Positions 1-7,949 of a DNA stretch of 26,327 nucleotides are shown here, in pieces. The stretch's first letter is position 1. Each line of letters opens with the position of its first letter. Made by a program: the position numbers and the translations under genes. This stretch comes from Candidatus Heimdallarchaeota archaeon. GTDB taxonomy: Archaea > Asgardarchaeota > Heimdallarchaeia > Hodarchaeales > Hodarchaeaceae. The DNA lies in the NCBI GenBank assembly GCA_019057635.1, contig DXJL01000131.1, positions 1-26,327 on the forward strand, given 5' to 3'. A model generated the notes under the pieces. The model made no database searches. It was given only the letters and a program-made list of their open reading frames with translations, and was not told where the DNA came from.

Positions 1-2
1 AA

Positions 3-773
3 TCTTTAAGAAACACGAAAGGAATCCAATTAATACAGAGAGAGGATAAAATTTTGCATTTATTGAGACCTAATCTCTCAATTTCTATTCCTGATCCAAA
101 ATTCATTAATTTAAATGAAAACACACCATTAATGGGTTATAAAAAGATACCAGGAATTTCTCTATCAAAATGTATACACGAAATTGATAATACGTGTCTT
201 ATTAAGCTTGCAAAATCCATTGGTAGGTTTTTGAATCAATTACACAATAAAAAGCTGGTTGAGATATACACCGATCATTTTGGTGTAGATTACACTAATT
301 TCATTGATTATTATCAAGAGATTTGGGAGAAGGAATATCATGAAGCAGAATCAATTGTGTGGTCCCTAGTTAGTGACACTCAAAAGAAGTGGATTCAAAC
401 TCTATACACACGATTCTTATCAAAAGTCGGTAGTTTCACCTTTGAACCGACAATTGTACACGGAGATTTTGATACCTCTAATGTCCTTGTTGATCCCATT
501 TCGTTAAATCTTTCAGGAATTATAGATTTCGAAGAGACTAAGATTTTCGACCCTGCAATTGATTTTCTCTTTTTCCGAGAAGGTAAGCTCTTTCTGAATG
601 AATTAATGGCCATTTATAATGGAGTAAAAGATAAGTACTTTGTTGAAAGGATGCAATTCACATTCTCAAGGGCTTTCATCCCCTATATTCTATATGGAGT
701 TAATAACAACATTCCAACACTGATTGAGGCAGGTTTGCAACTCCTTTCAGAACGAATGAAGATGTTCCCTTAG
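3..773 (+). CDS. Aminoglycoside phosphotransferase (APH)/choline kinase-like phosphotransferase, 5'-truncated by the window edge
   Basis: Brenner-type motif IVHGDFDTSNVLV and Mg-binding GIIDFEE, followed by DPAIDF. The frame is open from position 3 (SLRNTKGIQLIQREDKIL...), so the TTG at 54 is probably not the true start. Confidence 0.85.
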   Translation, partial: SLRNTKGIQLIQREDKILHLLRPNLSISIPDPKFINLNENTPLMGYKKIPGISLSKCIHEIDNTCLIKLAKSIGRFLNQLHNKKLVEIYTDHFGVDYTNFIDYYQEIWEKEYHEAESIVWSLVSDTQKKWIQTLYTRFLSKVGSFTFEPTIVHGDFDTSNVLVDPISLNLSGIIDFEETKIFDPAIDFLFFREGKLFLNELMAIYNGVKDKYFVERMQFTFSRAFIPYILYGVNNNIPTLIEAGLQLLSERMKMFP

Positions 774-789
774 TAAAATTATATTGCTT

Positions 790-1632
790 TCAATTTAATG
801 GAACTTGAACTCTTTCTTGTGAAGAAATTTTACTTACTGATTTCAAGCCATTCTTTTTTAAAAAGTGAATTGTAGGTTCAAATGCATATCCTACATCTGT
901 AGGGTGATGAGCATCGCTTCCAATAACAAGTAGAATCTTTCTCGCTATTAATTCCTTGATAATACGTTTGTTTGGATATAATTCATTTTCAGATTTTCTT
1001 AATCCAGAAGTGTTTACTTCAACCACCATATTACTAGTTTCGAGTGCATCTAATACTCGTAATATGCTTTCCCATATTCTATCTTCATCATCAGGCGTAA
1101 AACCGAGTTTCTTTATGACATCAAAATGTCCAAGAACATCATAGAAATTACTTCTGACTAGTTCAAGTAAATCGCTGTAATATGACACTAATAGGGTATC
1201 TTTCCCAATATTTTTTCGAGCTAACTCGGCTGGTAGTATAAAGGAGCTTTCAATCGGAATGATGTAATCTTTCCATTTTAAACCATGTATAGATCCGATT
1301 AAATAATCCAGATCAGGTAAATACGGTTTTAATGCCTGTTCGTATTGCGAAAAGATAGGTTTATGAAAATCGACTTCAAATGCAATCTTGGTTTGGATCT
1401 TAGATTTGTATTTCTCTTTTAATTCCTTTGCAGTAGCTAAATAATTCGGTAATTCGGAAATATCCATAGCATACTTATGAAACTGGGGAGGTAAGAGAAA
1501 CATTGGAAAATGGCCACTAAGTCCAATCTCAGGTAGCCCAAGAGAAATCGCTGTTTGAATGTACTCAATTAATTGGCCATCAGCATGATTACAAAGAAAT
1601 GAATGAGTATGATAATCACCTGGTAAAAACAT
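790..1632 (-). CDS. hisJ: Histidinol-phosphatase, HisJ family (PHP domain)
   Basis: PHP motifs DYHTHS..CNHA, FEVDF, IGSIH, GHFD, EVNTSG, GSDAH. The likely start is the ATG at 1632 (MFLPGDYHTH), since this motif normally sits at the N-terminus; the ORF track start at 1680 adds 16 aa. Confidence 0.85.
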   Translation of the reverse strand: MFLPGDYHTHSFLCNHADGQLIEYIQTAISLGLPEIGLSGHFPMFLLPPQFHKYAMDISELPNYLATAKELKEKYKSKIQTKIAFEVDFHKPIFSQYEQALKPYLPDLDYLIGSIHGLKWKDYIIPIESSFILPAELARKNIGKDTLLVSYYSDLLELVRSNFYDVLGHFDVIKKLGFTPDDEDRIWESILRVLDALETSNMVVEVNTSGLRKSENELYPNKRIIKELIARKILLVIGSDAHHPTDVGYAFEPTIHFLKKNGLKSVSKISSQERVQVPLN

Positions 1633-1796
1633 CACACATCTAAACTCACATAATTGCTGTATGGGATAAAAGAATGACATTGGGAGGAATAATTACTCGA
1701 TTTACAAGGTCTCGCTATCCAGATATTGCGTAATAGGTAGGTATTTCGTAGTGTATTTAACCCATCAGGAATAGTAACCAACTAGGTTGATGCACT

Positions 1797-3500
1797 ATGA
1801 CAATTTTCGAAGAGGCCGAAAATCTCTGGAAAACGTATGTAGCTCATAAAAAGTGGTTTTCCACAGTATTAGGCGAGACATGGTATGTACGTTATCCGGT
1901 GGATTCAATCGGAACTGAAGAAGCTAAAACCTACAAACGGTCACTTTTCTTGGGTGATGATTCTGTTCATGCATGGGAGGCAACAGGCGTTCGTAACAAG
2001 ATTATCCAGCGTTTAATTGATAGTACTGAATGGAAAATACGTCCGTGGTATGGTGATCTTGGGTTTTTTGCTGATCAGATTAGATTTCTTCCTCCCGTTC
2101 CAGAAAATGAGTTAGATTTTGTTGTTCGGAAATCATTATTAGCTGGAGATCATTTCACGAGTAGAGATTGGTTCAAAGATACCCGAATCGGACTTCTTAG
2201 CTTTCTAGACCCTGAGATAACGGAAAAACCCGAACAGTCTTCATTCTTATATGATTTAAATCGACCAGAAGATATCGCAAAAAAATATTCAAAATGTCAA
2301 ATTGAGCTATATGGCTTATTGTCGATTATAATCACTAAACTCTATATCTTATCGGATGAAGAAATATCAGAGGTCATAGATTTCCTTTTTGATTATGACA
2401 CAGCCGATAAATTACTTGTACGTCGTTTCATTAAACCTAATCGGGATGATAATCGTCCCTTCATTGGGCAGCAAAATCCCCATACAAAATTGAAACCTAA
2501 CTTCTTACTTCGGTATATTGCAGGTGAAGATCCAGAATATTTTCCCTACCGCATCTTTCACTTATGGCTTCGCTTATTGCTAGCGTTTGACGCGAAGGCA
2601 GTTACAGTCCTAGAGGATATGAAAATTGATGTCGTTGAAGAATTTCCTGATATTGAGACAATGAAGAGCGCCTTGCTCTTTTCGATTAGGTTGAATCAAT
2701 TTAATACAGTGAAAGATAATTTCAGAGCAAAATTAAGAAGCGAATATGCTCAACAGCGCAATTATAGTGGATATATGTCAGAATTTATTCATATTCTTCA
2801 AAGTCAAAGAGAACTATTTACTGAAAAGTCCAACTCTACCGTTCTTTCAATGCTTGATTTAACAAAGTATCAACCTCAGTTTCTATGTCGTGAATTAGGT
2901 GATGTAATGATTAATTCAGTCCTGAAAAATCTGGGAAAGCAAATACCTGAACCTGAAGGTGTGAGTAAGATTCAATCTCGGCTAATTTTAAATCGAAGAA
3001 TTAATAATCTTGAAAAATATGTACTAACCAAGGAAATTGAAGCTGAAGTCACAAATATTGTTACTAGCTTGCATACGCATTTAGGGAGTGAAGTAGAGGA
3101 ACAAGCTATTGAGGATGCGTTCAAAATTACCTATGATACTCTAGTTCCAAGAGGAGAAGTTTATTTCAATGAATTAGAGAAGGAAGTTAAAGAGGCTCAA
3201 GCTGAAACAGGGGGTATGGATGTAAGAAAGGAACTAATGGAAACCACAGATACACCGCAGAATTTAGCTAAACAGTATGGTAACAAAGCACTTAATCTTG
3301 TTGACGACGAAGCTTCAGTAGCTGACATATATTCAAGCATACTAGCATTAAAAAGTACTGAACTAGCATTTGGAGGAGGAAATATTTCAATATTACAGCA
3401 AAGAAAGATTACCCAGTCATTTATTGAGTTATTTAAAGAAGAGTTTAGATTCCTGGGATTATTAACGAAAACTTCGGTTGATGGAGTACAGGAGGACTGA
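1797..3500 (+). CDS. Hypothetical protein (567 aa, soluble, apparently largely helical); first gene of a three-gene operon
   Basis: Long ORF with AGGTTGAT upstream of the ATG and only 5 bp to the next gene. No family motif recognised. Confidence 0.85.
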   Translation: MTIFEEAENLWKTYVAHKKWFSTVLGETWYVRYPVDSIGTEEAKTYKRSLFLGDDSVHAWEATGVRNKIIQRLIDSTEWKIRPWYGDLGFFADQIRFLPPVPENELDFVVRKSLLAGDHFTSRDWFKDTRIGLLSFLDPEITEKPEQSSFLYDLNRPEDIAKKYSKCQIELYGLLSIIITKLYILSDEEISEVIDFLFDYDTADKLLVRRFIKPNRDDNRPFIGQQNPHTKLKPNFLLRYIAGEDPEYFPYRIFHLWLRLLLAFDAKAVTVLEDMKIDVVEEFPDIETMKSALLFSIRLNQFNTVKDNFRAKLRSEYAQQRNYSGYMSEFIHILQSQRELFTEKSNSTVLSMLDLTKYQPQFLCRELGDVMINSVLKNLGKQIPEPEGVSKIQSRLILNRRINNLEKYVLTKEIEAEVTNIVTSLHTHLGSEVEEQAIEDAFKITYDTLVPRGEVYFNELEKEVKEAQAETGGMDVRKELMETTDTPQNLAKQYGNKALNLVDDEASVADIYSSILALKSTELAFGGGNISILQQRKITQSFIELFKEEFRFLGLLTKTSVDGVQED

Positions 3501-3505
3501 AGAAA

Positions 3506-5452
3506 ATGGTAGACTTATCTAACATCGAGAAACAACTGGAAGACGAATTTAGTCAATTGGGAATTAATTATCTGTTTCCCCAGCTAGATGTTATTCGTTC
3601 AGCTCGAAATTTAGCATCGAATATCGAAGATGTACGATTAATGACGGAAAAATTCTTCTTATCTTATAAAATGATTGAGCAATGGCTAACTCCGGTAATT
3701 GTTCCAATTAATGATAACTTATTTGGTCTAGAATCGCATTTACATGACCTTCAATCGCAAATTAAGCATCTCATTACAGAAGAAGAAATAATATACTGGA
3801 AAGATGTAGCAAATAGTGAAAATGCCAGTATTAAGTCCTTATTTTCTGATATCGACTCACTACGGAAGTATATTCTCGATCAACGTGCAAAATTACTTCA
3901 ATCTGCACATCGACATGAATTACCAGAGTTATTTGGTTTAGTCCTTTGGCCTTATACTGAATACACTGATGTAAAAGATGCAGTAAATGATGTACGGAAG
4001 ATTTATTTTGGGCCAAACACTAGTTATCGAAAACAAAATCTTCTAACTGATGCATTAATACTTACCGCATTATCGGAAGATGTATTAACTCATAAATCAC
4101 AAACAAGACAATCGTTCCATCAAATTGATAGTTTAATCGAAACATCTCTTACTTTTAGACGGGTTGAGGAGCAATTTGAATGGTCTAAGTATCAGCGCGA
4201 CCCAAGTGACGGACAGTTTACTGAAGGTCAAGTGTTCTCAATAATGGACAATTTAATGCCTGGATATCCACGTGATGAACTAAGAAAAGGACTGAACACA
4301 TTTTATGATTCATCTCTCGATAAGTACCCCATTGGTAAGTTTATAGCATGGCTTTCAGATGTCATGCGTATGAAAACTATGGCAAAAAGTCAGGGGGAAG
4401 ACCAACCAGGTGAATTACGACTCAAGAAGGAGCATTTACTTGGGCTCTCAATTATGGATAAACATCGCAACAGCGAAGTTCTTGGGAATATTGGAGATCT
4501 GCAAGGCACATTTGAAAGAATACTAGCGCCATTTCACGAATTGAAACAGAATAATGTGTTCATGCAAAGTTCTCAATTTGTGATAGATAATGTGCTAGAA
4601 ATCCCTTCAAGAGCCTGGATATACGATTACAGTGGCGTTGAAACAGAAATCCTCAGATCCACTCTATTCATGTTATCCGATAGACAACCAAAGTTTGATG
4701 TCTTAGAAATTTGTCAAAAATTATCCAATATTGTCTTATCTGGCAGGGTTAATAGGAATGATCTTAATGATGGGAATTATGTTTTAACGAACAAATTACC
4801 TGTCAGATTGTGGGACTATGTTAGCAATCAACTGATGAAACTTCTTGAAGAGACATTGATTCACGAGGAAATTCAATCGGTTCGTTTGCTTAAGAACATC
4901 TTTTCAAGTGAGGATACAACATCATTGATCACCGCAAAAAAATTTGCTCCAGTATACCAAGTAAATATCGATTTCAAGCGGGGAATCTCTTTCGATGAAA
5001 AGGGTGTTCATCCAGAGACATTAAGCATTTGGATCCGCTCTGGATTTAAATTTGAATATCGCTACGCCCAAATGGCAGGCTATCCTTGGTTTTTTGACAC
5101 AAACCTTTTACTAGAATCACTTGTAATTGAAGCTTTATCTCTTCCATCCTTTAAAGTTTCTTCACTTCATGAAAATGTTAAATTACGACAAACAGTATTT
5201 ATGGTTGATGATTTAACTTATATTATCTATTATGATACTCATCCCGAGGGAATATCTGCGTTGGCGTTTAAAGAAGTCGATATTATGGATGAAGCAGGTA
5301 TTGATCCTGTTGAGATTATTTATCGTCCCCACAAATACCTCTCATTGGGTCCAGAGAAAAATAATTTACATTTAGTTTTAGATAAAGCACGTGCTAAAGA
5401 TCCTAAGGATCTAATGACGGTTATTTCAAATATTAAGTATAAAAGGAGATAG
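3506..5452 (+). CDS. Hypothetical protein (648 aa); N-terminal coiled-coil-like region; C-terminus weakly resembles a Cys-less DUF1998-like domain
   Basis: Long ORF with a GGAGG Shine-Dalgarno-like site at the end of the upstream gene and 5-bp gaps on both sides. Heptad-like segment LESHLHDLQSQIKHL; C-terminal IIYYDTHPEG...LDKARA. Confidence 0.85.
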   Translation: MVDLSNIEKQLEDEFSQLGINYLFPQLDVIRSARNLASNIEDVRLMTEKFFLSYKMIEQWLTPVIVPINDNLFGLESHLHDLQSQIKHLITEEEIIYWKDVANSENASIKSLFSDIDSLRKYILDQRAKLLQSAHRHELPELFGLVLWPYTEYTDVKDAVNDVRKIYFGPNTSYRKQNLLTDALILTALSEDVLTHKSQTRQSFHQIDSLIETSLTFRRVEEQFEWSKYQRDPSDGQFTEGQVFSIMDNLMPGYPRDELRKGLNTFYDSSLDKYPIGKFIAWLSDVMRMKTMAKSQGEDQPGELRLKKEHLLGLSIMDKHRNSEVLGNIGDLQGTFERILAPFHELKQNNVFMQSSQFVIDNVLEIPSRAWIYDYSGVETEILRSTLFMLSDRQPKFDVLEICQKLSNIVLSGRVNRNDLNDGNYVLTNKLPVRLWDYVSNQLMKLLEETLIHEEIQSVRLLKNIFSSEDTTSLITAKKFAPVYQVNIDFKRGISFDEKGVHPETLSIWIRSGFKFEYRYAQMAGYPWFFDTNLLLESLVIEALSLPSFKVSSLHENVKLRQTVFMVDDLTYIIYYDTHPEGISALAFKEVDIMDEAGIDPVEIIYRPHKYLSLGPEKNNLHLVLDKARAKDPKDLMTVISNIKYKRR

Positions 5453-5457
5453 AAACA

Positions 5458-6561
5458 ATGTCAGACACAAGAGAAGAATCAATAAATGCTGGAAGACTTC
5501 TCGTTGTAGGTACTCAAGGCGGTGGTAAAACCGCATTAGTAACCAAACTAGCAGCCCGTACAGACCAATCAATGAGTTATGAAGAAGATTTTGGGGGTAC
5601 AATCGAAACAGAATACTTGCGTCTTTCATTTGATGAAGGACGATTTTTTAGCCTATTATTACCTGTAGGTGGGCAAGAAAAGTGGCAGAAATTACGTGAG
5701 CGTTTTGGTAGTACGGCAGAGGGCATGATAATCGTCTTAGATTCTTGTACCAAGAAATTCTGGGTTAATTCCTTATCACAAGCTACATCTATCTCCTCTT
5801 TCTTACCGTATGACAATTACCCAATTGCTCCTGTAGTAACCAAACGAGATTTGAATGAAATAATTCGTAAGGAAATAGATAATTTTGCACAGACAATCAT
5901 CGACGGTTTAGAACAGGCAAAAACGTCTCCCATCGTATATTATAGTCGGGGTTTCCGTATAACAGAAAGAAAAGTTGAACTTCTTGGTGAAATAGTCCCA
6001 TTCACGATCTTAGAACAGATCATTATCAACAGCTTAGAGTCAAAGTATTTCACTGGATTAGTACCAGGTAATGCACAAAAAGGGAAAGTACTGTTACCAG
6101 GATTTAGCTTAGTAAATTGTCGAATTTTAGGTAGAGCATTAACCCAAGAATTATGTACTACAACCGAGGGAGACCAGATGGAAATCCTCAGCTTATTGAA
6201 TGATATGAGACCTAGTATGCTTGAATTAGACACTAATTGGGTTGATTTACTACAAAAATATCCTAAAGCAGGTGCTGAACCTCAAGTAAATATCAATGAT
6301 TTATCACTTGAAGTAATACAAGATACTATACTCAACAATCTCCTAGCAAGTGATGCAGATATTAGTGATTTTGTATCAAAACTTGGAACTCTTAATCCAA
6401 AGACAGGATGGAGAGTAAGTGGTTATGAACATATCTCAATTTTCGAAGATGAGGGATTAGGATCTGCAGCTACTCTTATAAGAAAAATGATGGTTGATGT
6501 GAAAGAGAGCGTTCGAGTAGACAAATTCAATGTATTTAATCCAATTGAAGAACTTTTTTAG
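5458..6561 (+). CDS. Atypical TRAFAC-class small GTPase (Arf/Rag-like) with a large internal insertion
   Basis: G1 GTQGGGKT (aa 18-25), G2 GGTIE (T48), G3-like PVGGQ (aa 69-73), beta4 GMIIVLDS, G4 TKRD (aa 128-131), and G5-like HISIFEDEGL only at about aa 325-334. AGGAG upstream of the start. Confidence 0.85.
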   Translation: MSDTREESINAGRLLVVGTQGGGKTALVTKLAARTDQSMSYEEDFGGTIETEYLRLSFDEGRFFSLLLPVGGQEKWQKLRERFGSTAEGMIIVLDSCTKKFWVNSLSQATSISSFLPYDNYPIAPVVTKRDLNEIIRKEIDNFAQTIIDGLEQAKTSPIVYYSRGFRITERKVELLGEIVPFTILEQIIINSLESKYFTGLVPGNAQKGKVLLPGFSLVNCRILGRALTQELCTTTEGDQMEILSLLNDMRPSMLELDTNWVDLLQKYPKAGAEPQVNINDLSLEVIQDTILNNLLASDADISDFVSKLGTLNPKTGWRVSGYEHISIFEDEGLGSAATLIRKMMVDVKESVRVDKFNVFNPIEELF

Positions 6562-6821
6562 GAATTTCCATAAGGGAGTGCATTGAGTGAAATCACTGGC
6601 GGGGAATTGCTAAACGAGTACAAAATCTTTTGTTGAAACTCATCAAAAGAATACATTTGGCCTTCATCATCCTTAATGCGAAAGCAAGACTCTTTGACTA
6701 GAATCTCAAAAACGTCTGGAGCCATCGTAGGATAGAATGTGTTACTACTTAATACACCAAGAGAGATAATTTGAGTTTGTTGGGGTTGAGCACTTCTTTC
6801 AAGATAAAAATGTGAGTTCAT
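6558..6821 (-). CDS. Small hypothetical protein (87 aa)
   Basis: ATG-started ORF with protein-like composition (IKDDEGQMYSFDEF) filling the gap. Its stop overlaps the convergent GTPase stop. Confidence 0.5.
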   Translation of the reverse strand: MNSHFYLERSAQPQQTQIISLGVLSSNTFYPTMAPDVFEILVKESCFRIKDDEGQMYSFDEFQQKILYSFSNSPPVISLNALPYGNS

Positions 6822-6923
6822 AGATCATAAACTTGACTCTAAGTCTATAATCGGGGATGTTACCTAAGGATTACGATCGGGACTGATAATGTCAACATTG
6901 ATATTACATCAATATTTTTTTTC

Positions 6924-7949
6924 TCATCTATCCTGGATGGTGGTGATATCTGATAATTTCCAAACATCTTCATCTACTTCATAGATGATCAGATTTTTTT
7001 CCTGTAAAATAGAGAGAACTTCATCAATTTCTTCATGAGAAAGCTCGGGGATGTTTCGACACAGTTCTTCGGCCTGAGCAGGTTTTTGATCTAATAGTTT
7101 TAGGATTTTTTTTTCATTAGAAGTTTTAACCTGGTTAAAAGCGTTTTTTAATGTTTTAGAACTTTCTAGTGGAAATTCTACGATATCAATATCCTCTTGA
7201 TCTTCGTGATGTAAAGTATGATGTACCCGCTCTAAAACCGCTAAATGAACCTCTTGGATAAAACTTCTAGGTACTCCTTTATCTAAACCTATTTGAACTG
7301 GAGTTGTCAATCCCACTGTTTGTAGTTCTAATACTCCACGAGTGAGTCGTAAACTAAATAATATAAGACGCAGAACAACCAAAATAACTAGAATACTTAT
7401 GATGATAACCGTCATTTGTGCCAAGAAGGAATCTATCAAACCATTTGCTAATATAAAAATCATTAGTGAAACTGTGAGTGTCCCTAATAGAGCTAATCCT
7501 AGCGCTCCTCGATTAAATGGTGCACGTCCATATGAGATAATTGAAATTTGATCGATTGAAAGAGAGAGTTCACGTTTGACTCTAAGAATTTTTTCCAGAA
7601 TACTGAGGTACTTTATTACAACTCGTTCAGAAGTTAAAAAAATCATTTCCACTCGTGTAGCAGAGTATACAACACCAATAAAAAGAAGAGCTAGTAGTGT
7701 AGTTATCATTATGAAGGGAATGAATAATGTAGAATTAAATATTCCTAATAAAATTACACTTATTGTCATAACAAGAATAATAAAGGCCGCTAAATAAAGA
7801 GATTCAGAAAAATAGATGATTTCTGTTGCCGATACTAGCTTTTCTTCGTGAATCAGCAATTTTCTCGCTTCATTGTTCAAGTTATACACCCCAACGAGTA
7901 AAGCCAACATCCTTAATCGAAATTTTTGACGAATGTCTTGGAATATCAT
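6924..7949 (-). CDS. Membrane protein with one bPH-like/TM module and a C-terminal winged-helix domain
   Basis: Four TM segments; bPH-like strands IFLTSERVVIK / LSLSIDQISII / LELQTVG; C-terminal EKKILKLL..AEELC...EEIDEVLSILQEKNLI.Y...WKL wHTH pattern. Start is either ATG 7949 (TAATG coupling with the upstream stop) or TTG 7880 behind GGGGTG. Confidence 0.75.
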   Translation of the reverse strand: MIFQDIRQKFRLRMLALLVGVYNLNNEARKLLIHEEKLVSATEIIYFSESLYLAAFIILVMTISVILLGIFNSTLFIPFIMITTLLALLFIGVVYSATRVEMIFLTSERVVIKYLSILEKILRVKRELSLSIDQISIISYGRAPFNRGALGLALLGTLTVSLMIFILANGLIDSFLAQMTVIIISILVILVVLRLILFSLRLTRGVLELQTVGLTTPVQIGLDKGVPRSFIQEVHLAVLERVHHTLHHEDQEDIDIVEFPLESSKTLKNAFNQVKTSNEKKILKLLDQKPAQAEELCRNIPELSHEEIDEVLSILQEKNLIIYEVDEDVWKLSDITTIQDR

